A model generated the notes under the pieces. The model worked only from the letters and a program-made list of their open reading frames with translations. It was not told where the DNA came from and did no database searches. From Eledone cirrhosa (taxonomy: Eukaryota), in assembly GCA_964016885.1 (NCBI GenBank), contig OZ024741.1, positions 149,420,001 through 149,484,000 of the forward strand: a stretch of 64,000 nt of DNA. Direction: 5' to 3'. The number at the start of each line of letters is the position of its first letter. Within the stretch, counting starts at the first letter, position 1. The translations under genes were made by a program, and so were the position numbers. This document shows positions 1 through 12,350 of the stretch, piece after piece.

Positions 1-3000
1 TCCTTCAGTTGTCTATGTCAACCTTGTCAATATATCCAGGCTCTGTATATTACTATAGACTGTGTAGGCAAGAGTCCTTCAGTTGTCTATCTCAACTTTG
101 TCAATATATCCAGGCTCTGTATATTACTATAGGCTGTGTAAGCAAGAGTCCTTCAGTTGTCTATGTCAACCTTGTCAATATATCCAGGCTCTGTATATTA
201 CTATAGGCTGTGTAAGCAAGAGTCCTTCAGTTGTCTATGTCAACCTTGTCAATATATCCAGGCTCTGTATATTACTATAGGCTGTGTAGGCAAGTGTCCT
301 TCAGTTGTCTATGTCAACCTTGTCAATATATCCAGGCTCTGTATATTACTATAGGCTGTGTAGGCAAGTGTTCTTCAGTTGTCTATGTCAACCTTGTCAA
401 TATATCCAGGCTCTGTATATTACTATAGACTGTGTAGGCAAGAGTCCTTCAGTTGTCTATGTCAACCTTGTCAATATATCCAGGCTCTGTATATTACTAT
501 AGGCTGTGTAGGCAAGAGTCCTTCAGTTGTCTATGTCAACCTTGTCAATATATCCAGGCTCTGTATATTACTATAGACTGTGTAGGCAAGAGTCCTTCAG
601 TTGTCTATGTCAACCTTGTCAATATATCCAGGCTCTGTATATTACTATAGACTGTGTAGGCAAGAGTCCTTCAGTTGTCTATGTCAACCTTGTCAATATA
701 TCCAGGCTCTGTATATTACTATAGGCTGTATAGGCAAGTGTCCTTCAGTTGTCTATATCAACCTTGTCAATATATCCAGGCTCTGTATATTACTATAGAC
801 TGTGTAGGCAAGAGTCCTTCAGTTGTCTATGTCAACCTTGTCAATATATCCAGGCTCTGTATATTACTATAGGCTGTGTAAGCAAGAGTCCTTCAGTTGT
901 CTATGTCAACCTTGTCAATATATCCAGGCTCTGTATATTACTATAGGCTGTGTAAGCAAGAGTCCTTCAGTTGTCTATGTCAACCTTGTCAATATATCCA
1001 GGCTCTGTATATTACTATAGGCTGTGTAGGCAAGTGTCCTTCAGTTGTCTATGTCAACCTTGTCAATATATCCAGGCTCTGTATATTACTATAGGCTGTG
1101 TAGGCAAGTGTTCTTCAGTTGTCTATGTCAACCTTGTCAATATATCCAGGCTCTGTATATTACTATAGACTGTGTAGGCAAGAGTCCTTCAGTTGTCTAT
1201 GTCAACCTTGTCAATATATCCAGGCTCTGTATATTACTATAGGCTGTGTAGGCAAGAGTCATTCAGTTGTCTATGTCAACCTTGTCAATATATCCAGGCT
1301 CTGTATATTACTATAGACTGTGTAGGCAAGAGTCCTTCAGTTGTCTATGTCAACCTTGTCAATATATCCAGGCTCTGTATATTACTATAGACTGTGTAGG
1401 CAAGAGTCCTTCAGTTGTCTATGTCAACCTTGTCAATATATCCAGGCTCTGTATATTACTATAGGCTGTATAGGCAAGTGTCCTTCAGTTGTCTATATCA
1501 ACCTTGTCAATATATCCAGGCTCTGTATATTACTATAGACTGTGTAGGCAAGAGTCCTTCAGTTGTCTATGTCAACCTTGTCAATATATCCAGGCTCTGT
1601 ATATTACTATAGACTGTGTAAGCAAGAGTCCTTCAGTTGTCTATGTCAACCTTGTCAATATATCCAGGCTCTGTATATTACTATAGACTGTGTAGGCAAG
1701 TGTCCTTCAGTTGTCTATGTCAACCTTGTCAATATATCCAGGCTCTGTATATTACTATAGGCTGTGTAGGTAAGAGTCCTTCAGTTGTCTATGTCAACCT
1801 TGTCAATATATCCAGGCTCTGTATATTACTATAGACTGTATAGGCAAGAGTCCTTCAGTTGTCTATGTCAACCTTGTCAATATATCCAGGCTCTGTATAT
1901 TACTATAGGCTGTGTAGGCAAGTGTCCTTCAGTTGTCTATGTCAACCTTGTCAATATATCCAGGCTCTGTATATTACTATAGACTGTGTAGGCAAGAGTC
2001 CTTCAGTTGTCTATGTCAACCTTGTCAATATATCCAGGCTCTGTATATTACTATAGACTGTGTAGGCAAGAGTCCTTCAGTTGTCTATGTCAACCTTGTC
2101 AATATATCCAGGCTCTGTATATTACTATAGACTGTGTAGGCAAGAGTCCTTCAGTTGTCTATGTCAACCTTGTCAATATATCCTGGCTCTGTATATTACT
2201 ATAGACTGTGTAGGCAAGAGTCCTTCAGTTGTCTATGTCAACCTTGTCAATATATCCAGGCTCTGTATATTACTATAGGCTGTATAGGCAAGTGTCCTTC
2301 AGTTGTCTATATCAACCTTGTCAATATATCCAGGCTCTGTATATTACTATAGACTGTGTAGGCAAGAGTCCTTCAGTTGTCTATGTCAACCTTGTCAATA
2401 TATCCAGGCTCTGTATATTACTATAGACTGTATAGGCAAGAGTCCTTCAGTTGTCTATGTCAACCTTGTCAATATATCCAGGCTCTGTATATTACTATAG
2501 GCTGTGTAGGCAAGTGTCCTTCAGTTGTCTATGTCAACCTTGTCAATATATCCAGGCTCTGTATATTACTATAGACTGTGTAGGCAAGAGTCCTTCAGTT
2601 GTCTATGTCAACCTTGTCAATATATCCAGGCTCTGTATATTACTATAGACTGTGTAGGCAAGAGTCCTTCAGTTGTCTATGTCAACCTTGTCAATATATC
2701 CAGGCTCTGTATATTACTATAGACTGTGTAGGCAAGAGTCCTTCAGTTGTCTATGTCAACCTTGTCAATATATCCTGGCTCTGTATATTACTATAGACTG
2801 TGTAGGCAAGAGTCCTTCAGTTGTCTATGTCAACCTTGTCAATATATCCAGGCTCTGTATATTACTATAGACTGTGTAGGCAAGTGTCCTTCAGTTGTCT
2901 ATGTCAACCTTGTCAATATATCCAGGCTCTGTATATTACTATAGGCTGTGTAGGTAAGAGTCCTTCAGTTGTCTATGTCAACCTTGTCAATATATCCAGG

Positions 3001-3760
3001 CTCTGTATATTACTATAGACTGTATAGGCAAGAGTCCTTCAGTTGTCTATGTCAACCTTGTCAATATATCCAGGCTCTGTATATTACTATAGGCTGTGTA
3101 GGCAAGTGTCCTTCAGTTGTCTATGTCAACCTTGTCAATATATCCAGGCTCTGTATATTACTATAGACTGTGTAGGCAAGAGTCCTTCAGTTGTCTATGT
3201 CAACCTTGTCAATATATCCAGGCTCTGTATATTACTATAGACTGTGTAGGCAAGAGTCCTTCAGTTGTCTATGTCAACCTTGTCAATATATCCAGGCTCT
3301 GTATATTACTATAGACTGTGTAGGCAAGAGTCCTTCAGTTGTCTATGTCAACCTTGTCAATATATCCTGGCTCTGTATATTACTATAGACTGTGTAGGCA
3401 AGAGTCCTTCAGTTGTCTATGTCAACCTTGTCAATATATCCAGGCTCTGTATATTACTATAGGCTGTATAGGCAAGTGTCCTTCAGTTGTCTATATCAAC
3501 CTTGTCAATATATCCAGGCTCTGTATATTACTATAGACTGTGTAGGCAAGAGTCCTTCAGTTGTCTATGTCAACCTTGTCAATATATCCAGGCTCTGTAT
3601 ATTACTATAGACTGTATAGGCAAGAGTCCTTCAGTTGTCTATGTCAACCTTGTCAATATATCCAGGCTCTGTATATTACTATAGGCTGTGTAGGCAAGGG
3701 ACCTTCAATTATTTGTGTCAACCTCATCAATGTATCCATGCTCTGTATTTTAATATAGAC
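1..3760. repeat. 74-bp tandem satellite/minisatellite, ~50 units, truncated by window start; lies in a chitinase intron
   Basis: Unit tccttcagttgtctatgtcaaccttgtcaatatatccaggctctgtatattactatagactgtgtaggcaagag repeats every 74 bp. The last unit (~3700-3760) is degenerate. Confidence 0.98.
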
Positions 3761-4003
3761 TACATGTGATGGCTGGTGTACATAGGTGGCCATCACCAAG
3801 TAAATATCTGAATTGACTACAGCAGTTTCAGTGTTGACAATGTTGATAATGATGTTTTTGTGTAGTCCTGATCTGCAGCCGACTGAATAACAAATTACCA
3901 TCCATATATCCACCATTCCAGATATATTATACACTTCATCTAATTGGTGATTATGCCATGTTGATATTAGGGAGATTTAAGACAGACTAAGAAAATATCT
4001 TAC

Positions 4004-4189
4004 TTCATAGTAGGCCAGGAATCCGCCTTCTCCAGTATATTTACCAGGGGGTGAGGGTCCATTTGATGGAGCTCCAGGTTTAGAGTTGGAACTATCAGCT
4101 AGAGAGAAACCTCGCCCATATGTGGCTAATCCAACATTTAACTTCTCTTTAGATGCACCTTTTGAGACCCAATAATTCATGACCCATTC
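4004..4189 (-). CDS. GH18 chitinase-family gene, coding exon 6 (EWVMNYWVSKG...GGFLAYYE); gene continues beyond position 1
   Basis: ttgtag| acceptor and |gtaag donor; 186 nt, phase 0/0. KLNVGLATYGRGF and GGFLAYYE are typical of animal GH18 chitinases. Confidence 0.95.
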
Positions 4190-4423
4190 CTACAATAGAA
4201 AAATTTTGAAAGAATTATAATAAATTTATATAGAAAGCTCAAATGTATGTGGATGTCAATGAGTTAATTTATGGTACATTTGTTTCATAAAATCTACAGT
4301 TTGACAAATGCCACATAGTTTCAGAATTAGCTCAATGTGTTTATATATTATATTGGTCTGAAGAAAAGGTAAATAGTTTTAGGGAGAAAAGGCTGGAAAG
4401 GCAACATAAACACAGAGCAAATA

Positions 4424-4969
4424 TAATCAAATATATAGATTAAAAAATTAGCTTTTAAATAATTTTTAAGTCCTTACACATGTTTCAAGAGAGTTGTATG
4501 TCAAATTATTCGAATAATGTTAGGTAAAAATTTGTATAATCAAGATCTGTACATATAAAATTATATATAGGTATTTGTACTTCTCCATTTTTGGAGGTTT
4601 AAAAGAACATATTAAATTGAAGCAGAATATATCCGAAATTCAATTCCCACCTTACACAGAATGGGGAAAATAGTAAGTGACTAATTTTTAGTCACTTGCT
4701 ATGCCAATGGGTGGACATGAGATGTCCCCATCCTGTGTAAGGTGAGAATTGAATTTCAGATATATTCTGCTTCAATTTAATATGTTTTATTAAACCTCCA
4801 AAGATAGAAAAATGCAAATACCTATATATAATTTTATATGTACAGATCTTGATTATACAAATTTTAACCTAACATTATTCAAATAATTTGATGCACAATT
4901 CTATTGAAACATGTGTAAGGAATTAAAAGTGATTTAAAAGCTAATTTTTCAATCTATATATTTGATTGT
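4424..4969. repeat. Long inverted repeat (foldback): arms ~4424-4667 and ~4725-4969, small hairpin in the spacer
   Basis: The arms are reverse complements at roughly 90% identity by eye. The spacer contains atagtaagtgactaa-ttt-ttagtcacttgctat. Confidence 0.93.
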
Positions 4970-5154
4970 GTGTATGAAAATAAGATACATATTAGTTTAA
5001 TGCTTGATATAGTAGAAAGAGTCGTAATGTTTTTTATGTTAGTCTTGCATCAGAAGATAGCATGAAAAATAAAATAAAAAATAAAAAGATAGAGAAGAGG
5101 AAGAAATGGAAAAAGATTGGGTGGGGGAGTAAAAGCATGACATATATATATATA

Positions 5155-5485
5155 CAGTGTACCTCCTGCATTCGCGGTCCTGGCTTTCACGTCCCAGTTA
5201 TTCGCGGGTTATTTTCCTTAGAACCCAACTAATAATTGCTCATGGAAACCACCGCATATTCAAGGAATCATAAATATCTTCCATGATTTTTTAATGGCTT
5301 TTTTCGTGGCAATATATATTTTTTTCACACCTTTTAACGCTATATTATACTGTATTTGCCAGCCTATATTTTGTTATGTTTTGACATTTATAGGCATTTT
5401 TATGGACCACGTCCAATAAACGCAATTTTTCACTCTTCACAGGTGCTCTAGGAACGTTACCACTGCCAATACCGAGGGACAGCTG
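5155..5485. mobile_element. Tc1/pogo (Tigger-like) MITE
   Basis: TA|CAG...CTG|TA ends with imperfect TIRs (cagtgtacctc... versus the reverse complement cagctgtccctc...); non-coding. Confidence 0.65.
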
Positions 5486-5942
5486 TATATATGTATTCCA
5501 AATACAGATTTACACACTTCCAACTAGCATGCCACGTGTTTTTTCTCCATCTCTCTGGTTGTACATAGTTATGTGTATCTATGAATCCTCTTATGTTGTC
5601 CTCAATTATCAAAAACAGTCAATTCTTGTCATTATCAATGAGATTCATCAATCTCTACTAATTATGAATAAAACTGAAAACATGGTGATAGGAGGAAATG
5701 TCAAAGATAAATCTTTACAATATTTGAATTTGTGACTTTGAATAACATCAAATATCTTGGAAAGAAAAGACTGATATTTTGAGATTGATTCTTTGTTTGA
5801 GAAAGAAATAATATTATTTCTCACTCAGACAAAATCTTCTCTCTAGTAGATAGAAAATTATCCAGAGTAAGGAACTTCACAATACAATATTTATCAACAC
5901 AGACCACCACCAGTTTCTTCACAATTTGGTGTTTTTACTTAC

Positions 5943-6066
5943 AACATTCAGTTGAGCACCATATCCTGTCGCATACTCAGCTGCATACAAGGGTGCATTC
6001 TGCCCAACTTTGTGATCCCAATAACCGTGTAAGTCATAAGTCATAACTGTTATATAATCCATGTAT
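5943..6066 (-). CDS. GH18 chitinase coding exon 5 (YMDYITVMTYDLHGYWD...QLNV)
   Basis: ttctag| acceptor and |gtaag donor; 124 nt, phase 2/0. Contains the MxYDLHG motif of GH18. Confidence 0.95.
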
Positions 6067-6519
6067 CTAGAATTTAAAGGAAAAGAGAAAACAAAAAACC
6101 ATAATATTGAGAACAATCCATCATATAAGCCACCAGGATAGAAGGGTGTTTAAGTGTAAATATGTATATGCCTCACCAAGATCTGAGCCAAATATAAGAG
6201 CTGAATCTTACTAGTGGTGTTTTTTTCTTTGTTCAATTCTTTGTTTTTGGTTTGTTTTTTGCATGGATAAGAGATTAATAGTTTCAGGCTAGAATGTTTG
6301 TCTACTTCAGTAAACATTCTCAAGTAACCTGGTACTAGCGTTTGTCTTCAACGTGAGAAAATAGATTCGTACCTAGGTCTCTCTCTCTCTCTACATGCAT
6401 ATATATATATATATATGCATGTATGTACATATGTATGTAAGCATACATGTATGGGCAGCCAGATGAAGCAATAAGCTGAAACTTCGAAGTCACTATCACT
6501 TTTCTCTGCTCACTCATTG

Positions 6520-7110
6520 TGAGTTATGGCTGTTTATGAACAGATGTGAAACTCAACAAATCTGCCACTGAAACATTTAATTCTTTTACACAAGCTTATA
6601 GAGATTCCACTCTATCAAGAATTACGGTTTTTAAGTGACTCAAAGCTTTCAATGAGGGCTGAGAAGATGTTGAAGACAAATTTTGTTCTGGAAGGTCAAT
6701 CTCATCAACAAATGAACAATATGGGAAATGCAACAAGCAGTGATGGCAAAAGATCGCCAATTAAGTGTTAGAATGATTGCAGAAGAAACAGACTTGCATA
6801 AAAATGCAGTTCACAGAATTTTAACAGACCATTTGTACATGTGAAAAAATTGTGCAAAACTAGTGCTCAAACAGTTGTCTGTGGAGCAAAAAGCGAACTG
6901 GTCATAAATTTGTCAGTATTTGCTAGAAAGACTCGAAATTGAGCCAAATTTCTTGGATAAAGTAATAACAGAAGATGAATCGTGGGTGTTGGAGTATGAT
7001 CCAGAGACAAAACAGCAAAGTGAGGAGTGACCCACAAAACATTCTCCTCGTCTAAAGAAAGTAAACATGAGAATATCCAGGGTGAAAATGATTTTATCTT
7101 TTTTTTTACA
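6520..7110 (+). mobile_element. Degenerate mariner (Tc1/mariner) transposase fragment
   Basis: Broken frames give KLNKSATETF...EDVED...SGR (HTH region), LSVRMIAEE...VHRILTDHL and ITEDESWVLEYDPETKQQS (the TGDETW-like catalytic segment). Confidence 0.8.
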
Positions 7111-7111
7111 G

Positions 7112-8782
7112 CCAAGAAGGAATCAAAGAGATGAAGAATGGTAAAGCTGCAGGACCATCAGAGATAGTTTCTGAGATGCTAAAAACATCGGGAGAAGTAG
7201 GAGTCGAACTAGTAACCCACATAGTCAATCAGGTAATACATGACAGAACCATACCCAATGACTGGCACAGTACTACAATCATAAATTGCTATAAGAGAAA
7301 AGGTGACAATCCAGAAAGGAGCAACTACAGAGAAATAAAACTAATGGATCAAGTTATGAAAATAACAGAAAGAGGTATTGCACAGCTAATTAGAGAAAGA
7401 GTCAAATTAGGCGAGATGCAGTTTGGTTTCATGCCTGGGAAAATCACTATAGATGCCCTCTTCTTTGTGAGGTAACTACATTCTTGTGAGCCAAGAATAA
7501 GCCATAATTTAGCTTTTGTTGATCTAGAAAAGGCCTTTGACAGAGGACCTCGATCCATTTTTTGGTGGTCCTTAAAGAAATTAGGTGTAGAAATTAGGCT
7601 TGTGAGAGCAGTGCAAACCATGTACAAAGGAGCTATCAGTAAAGTGAGAGTAGGAAGTGAGTTTAGTGACGAATTCAAAGTACAGGTAAGAGTTCATCAA
7701 GGTTCAGTTCTTAGCCCACTGCTGTTCATCATAGACCTCCAGGCCATAACAGAGGAGTTTAAAACTGACTGTCCATGGGAACTTCTCTATGCAGATGATT
7801 TGGTCCTCATAGCCAAATCCATAAAAGAACAAGAAAATAAGTTCAAACTATGGAATCAAAATTTGAAATGAAAAGGTTTGAGAGTAAATTTAACCAAAAC
7901 TAAAGTGCTAGTGAGTATGAATGAAGATAAAACCCTGGTCCCTTCAGGGAAGTGACCCTGCTCCATATGCAGAAAAGGTGTAGGCATAAACTCCATACAG
8001 AGTACACAATATAAATCTTGGGTACACAAAAGATGTAGTGAGATAACAGGTAAACTAACAGGAAAGGAAGACTTTATATGTTGAAGATGCACAGGATTAA
8101 TCATAGGGAAGATGGGTAGTGATATAAACCTCTTCAAGTCATAGAAAAGGTCCATAGAAGTGGTTGATAGCTTCTGCTATCTAGGTGACTTAATTAGCAG
8201 TGGAAATGGGTGCTCTGAGAACATAATAGCTAGAATAAGGATTGGATGGAAGAAGCTTACAGAGCTACTCCCACTGTTGACAACAACAGGTTTCTCCCTA
8301 CATACAAAAGGACGACTGTATGATGCCTGTGTGGGAAATGTGAGACTGCATAGTAGTGAAACATGAGCAGTCACTGCAGAGGTCATGTGTAGACTGGAGA
8401 GAAATGAAGCAGCCATGCTTTGTTGGGTGTGCAATGTAAACATGAGAGAAAGGCAGAGCTTGAAAGAACTGAGGGAGAAACTTGTTTTAAGAGGAATCCA
8501 AGGTGGTGTGCAGGACAGAAGAGTACATTGGTACGAACATGTGATGTGCATGGTTGATAACAGATGGGTGATGAAGTGTCAGGAAATGCCACTGGAAGGA
8601 TGTCACAGTAGAGATAGACCAAGAAAGACCTGAGCAGAAGTGATGAGAGCTGACCTCAAATCGCTGACTCACAGAGAGGATGAAAAATGCAGCAAGTGGA
8701 GAGATGCTGTGCTGAGAAGGGCCCGTCCAACCCATATAAGCATAGAAAAACAGATGTAAAAACGATGATGTTGATGATGATT
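7112..8782 (+). mobile_element. 5'-truncated RTE-clade LINE (RT, degenerate) with (GAT)n tail
   Basis: ORFs 7131, 7602, 8160 and 8385 give QFGFMPG, HQGSVLSPLLF and LLYADDLVL, with in-frame stops. Tail aacgatgatgttgatgatg. Confidence 0.93.
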
Positions 8783-8921
8783 TACAGGTTAGATAGATAG
8801 TTACATAGACAGATATATATAAAGAGAGAGTAAGAATAGATAGATAAATAGGTAGATAAATAGGTAGAGAGGGAGAGGGAGACAAATTGATTGACAGATA
8901 GATAGTTAGTAAGAAGCTTAC

Positions 8922-9046
8922 TTTGCAAGATCTTTAACATTATATCCAGCATCAATTTTTCCTTTTCCGGCAGCTACTGCACATGTCAGTATGAGTGGTT
9001 CCTTACTGCTCTCCTTTGCTTCTGCATCAAATGCCTCTCGTAATTC
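8922..9046 (-). CDS. GH18 chitinase coding exon 4 (ELREAFDAEAKESSKEPLILTCAVAAGKGKIDAGYNVKDLAK); not in the ORF track
   Basis: aaatag| acceptor and |gtaag donor; 125 nt, phase 0/2. It joins exon 5 in frame (AA+A=K). Confidence 0.95.
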
Positions 9047-9754
9047 CTATTTGTGATAGAAAAGATTGTGACACAAACTATTAACCCACCCTTGCAAGCA
9101 GGGAAAAGCGGACGTAAAATGATGATGATGATGATGATGATGGTCGTATTTCTAATGAATTATACACTATTTCAAAGAATTAATGAAAAATTTTGAGGGA
9201 TTTACAAAATTATTAATTATTTGATTACTAAGATAGTAACTTAATGTAAGGTTATTATATAAAATTATGTTGGAAGATTTTAATTTAAATTGGAAACCTA
9301 TAAAATTGGTGTCTTTATTTCATATGATAGAACCATAGCTGGTTTTGGCCAAGTTCATATCAAAAGAGTTAAGACATGCATTACAAATAGCTGTCAGTGA
9401 AATGAAATTTGATTTTTCCTGGAAATTGGTAAATTATTTTCTCTGACATGATAAAATTCCCCCAGTTCACACTGTAAAGTAGTTGGTGTTAAGAAAAAAA
9501 GTTCTGCCAAAAAACCATGACTAGCACAACATAAGCTCCATGTTGTATCCTTGATTCCTCTCATATTGACATGTATATACTTTCACAGATCAGAATGTTC
9601 AAATGTCAGTGGTTCCGAGTTTTTTTTTCCTTTTTTTTTTGTCTCACAGTACACTTTAGAACAAGTAAAAATATTTTGGTGCATTTTGTACTTAAATTTA
9701 AAAATTTATTCAAAAAATGGTATTTATACATTTTAACTCAGCATAAAATATAAA

Positions 9755-11350
9755 TATATTTCTTTATTTGCCTCAAGGGTGCACAAAAAAAGAGGGCAAT
9801 ACAAAGACACATGCCGGGGATTTTACATACAGTCGTGTAAAAATATTATTAAAACAAACAAATTTAACAATCGAAATCCCCAATAGGGGGGAGGCGTTAC
9901 AAATGGGTTGTTTAATACTCCGTCGATAGAACAACCCTCAACTTCAGGAGCGTGTTGTGCAAGTGCTCCTTTCTTCCTTTAGCTCTCTTCTTCAGCCTAC
10001 AGGTTTATATACAGAGAAAGCCCAATCACTCGGGCCATTTTTGCTACATTCACTCACTTTTCAGTAAATTTACTGAGGTGCAGTGCCTCTCTCTCCACTC
10101 TGATTCTCCTTCTAAAGTGGTACCTAAAGAAGTTGTTGTCCGGAGAGAAAGGCATCTATCCTCAGTCCTCTCAATCTCTTTCACCATAGCCACTATACAG
10201 AGGAAAACCGCCTCTCTTTCGTTTTTGAAAGAAGTTGGCGGTTTGATCCTTACTATGAACTCGGCAGTCAACTGGATTTGTCCCATATACAACAGCAGTT
10301 GTTCTGCGTAGTTCCACAGGTCGGTTATGCCCGGGCAGTGTACAATTGTGTGCAGGACGGTTTCAATGTCGTGCTCGCATCTTGGACACGTCCTCTTGGA
10401 AGGATCTCTGCCGGGGCATCCATGCCTGTAGATCTTATCTCGAACTGGTAGAGCTCCTTGGTAGCACTGCCAGGCCCGGGGCCTTTGGAAGTTGTCCATA
10501 GGTCCCGAGCACGTCGTCGCACTTGTGACGTACTAACCCTCTACCGAATGTCAAAGTGGAGTCTCCACTGATTGCTGTGCCCGCTTGACAGAGGACTGTG
10601 AGCGCCTGAGCGCATTCAATGTGCCAGGCTCCCATCTTCTTCGGTCTCCACTTGATCCAGGACTGCAGCTCCATCAGTGAGACAAGTTGCGGGAAGGCCT
10701 GTCTCACAAACGGTGCCCACACCGGTTGTTCGGTGAGGAATACCTGGAGGTGCCGTAGCCTCAGCACATCATCAGCCACGGCATTTCCAGCCCTCCGTTG
10801 GAAGGGTGCTGAAAGCAGACGGATCTCCTCACTAGTGGAGTCTGCTTCTTCCAAAGGAACTGGAAGAGCATGCGTTCCATCTTGGTGAGGTGTTCACGGG
10901 GACAAGGCACGACGGTCAAGCGGTAGTAGATGACGGACGTTTTGAAAGTGTTCGCCACCTCCGCTCGACCTTTCAAGGATAGTTTGCACTCTGCCCACTT
11001 CTGGGTGAGCGCAAATACCCTGGCTGTGACCTCATAAAAGTTTTTCTCCACCTGGAGGTATGGACAGAACCAGAACCCAAGCAATTCCACAGGTCGGACA
11101 GCATCGATTTGCCTCTTGACGTTCCAAGTTGCAAATCGACAGACTTGTCCGGGTTCAGTTTTGCTCCTGTGAGCCTTTCGTATTCCTGCAGTAAGTTGCC
11201 GATCGCCCCGATTTCTGAGGTTTTCAACACCATTACTGTTACATCGTCGGCATAAGCCGACGCCACTTTCTGCAGTCCCGGTTCCAACGCGGTGCCCTGC
11301 AGAAGCTCCAATTTCCGCAACATTGGCTCTAGAGTCAGTTTGTACAGAAT
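9755..11350 (-). mobile_element. 5'-truncated L1/Tx1-type LINE (RT C-terminus, CCHC finger, 3' UTR)
   Basis: SAYADDVTV, GGLEMPW and CPRC...ETVLH...C motifs. The 3' end ccctt(g)agg...aataaagaa resembles that of the element at 12351. Confidence 0.9.
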
Positions 11351-11409
11351 TCCTTCTTTAGTCAATGAGTAGAACAAAGTTATCAGTGAGAAACATGTTT
11401 GAAAATGTA

Positions 11410-12350
11410 AACGTATACAAAAGCAGTTTTTCAGACAAACCATGGAATTGGTAACTTTTAATGAGAAATTTTAGTTGTAGCTGAAAAATGATGAATTGAA
11501 GAAAGAAACTAAAAGTCTAATTATAGCTGCCCAATCAAAAGTCTTACAGACAAATCTTATTTAAGTAAAAATAGATAAAACTAGTGAGAATACCAAATGG
11601 AGAATGTGCAATGAGAAGGATAAGTCAGTAACCTCCATTATAAGGGGTTGTAGTTACTTGACACAGAAAGCATATAGGTGTTACCATGATTGTATTGCTA
11701 GGGCTCTGGACAGGGACATCTTGTAACAATGAGGGTTTGAAGTGAGTGTTAAATGGTATCAAGACCAAGTAGAGAGTGTTGTTGAAAATGACAGATTCAA
11801 GGTACTTTGGGATTTTACAATACACATAGACCATGAAGTACAGAGAAGACCTGACATAATTATTATAGACACAGTATCAAAATTATGTATAAATATTTAC
11901 ATAGTCATTCCTGCTGACATGAACCTGACCAACAAGATGCAGGAAAGGATTGAAAAGTACCAGAACCTTGCTTGCAAGATAGGAAGATTGTGGAATGTCT
12001 TTTCAAAAGTAACCCCCATTGTTATTGGTGTGTAAGGGCCTATTACCAACAGAATAGAAAAATTCCTGAAAGACAGCAGAAATAAATGTAGCATTGATTC
12101 AAAAGTCTGCTGTATTGGGTACTGCAAGAATCATCAGCAAGGTCCTTGAGCTCTAACGAAAATAGTTGTGACCCAAAATTAAAGGCAAAAATACCAATTT
12201 ATTTGTGTAAAACAACAGCAAGAACAACAACGACGACAATGACAACGACGACAATGGCAACAACAACAACAGCTACTACTACTACTACTACTACTATAAC
12301 AACAACAACAATAATAATAATAATGATAATAATAATAATAATAATAATAA
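11410..12350 (+). mobile_element. 3' fragment of an R4/Dong-like RLE-type LINE with (AAC)/(AAT)n tail
   Basis: ENDRFKVLWDF...RPDIIII...EKYQNL...PIVIG restriction-like endonuclease segment; trinucleotide tail at 12213-12350. Confidence 0.85.

Noticed and set aside
9-3758. About 50 overlapping 65-aa Cys/Tyr-rich ORFs; superficial CRISPR-like periodicity
   Set aside because: They are a by-product of a 74-bp unit cycling through frames. There are no unique spacers and no cas genes, and the context is eukaryotic.
3760-3940. Possible decayed LINE RT fragment as the source of the satellite unit
   Set aside because: Only faint peptide resemblance by eye; needs tBLASTx or a profile search against a TE library.
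6457-6494. Hammerhead-like AGC-CAGATGA-AGC-AATAA-GCT-GAAAC-TTCGAA-GTC-ACT
   Set aside because: Core mismatch (CAGATGA) and broken helix I, and it abuts a mariner 5' region. At best a dead relic, possibly chance.
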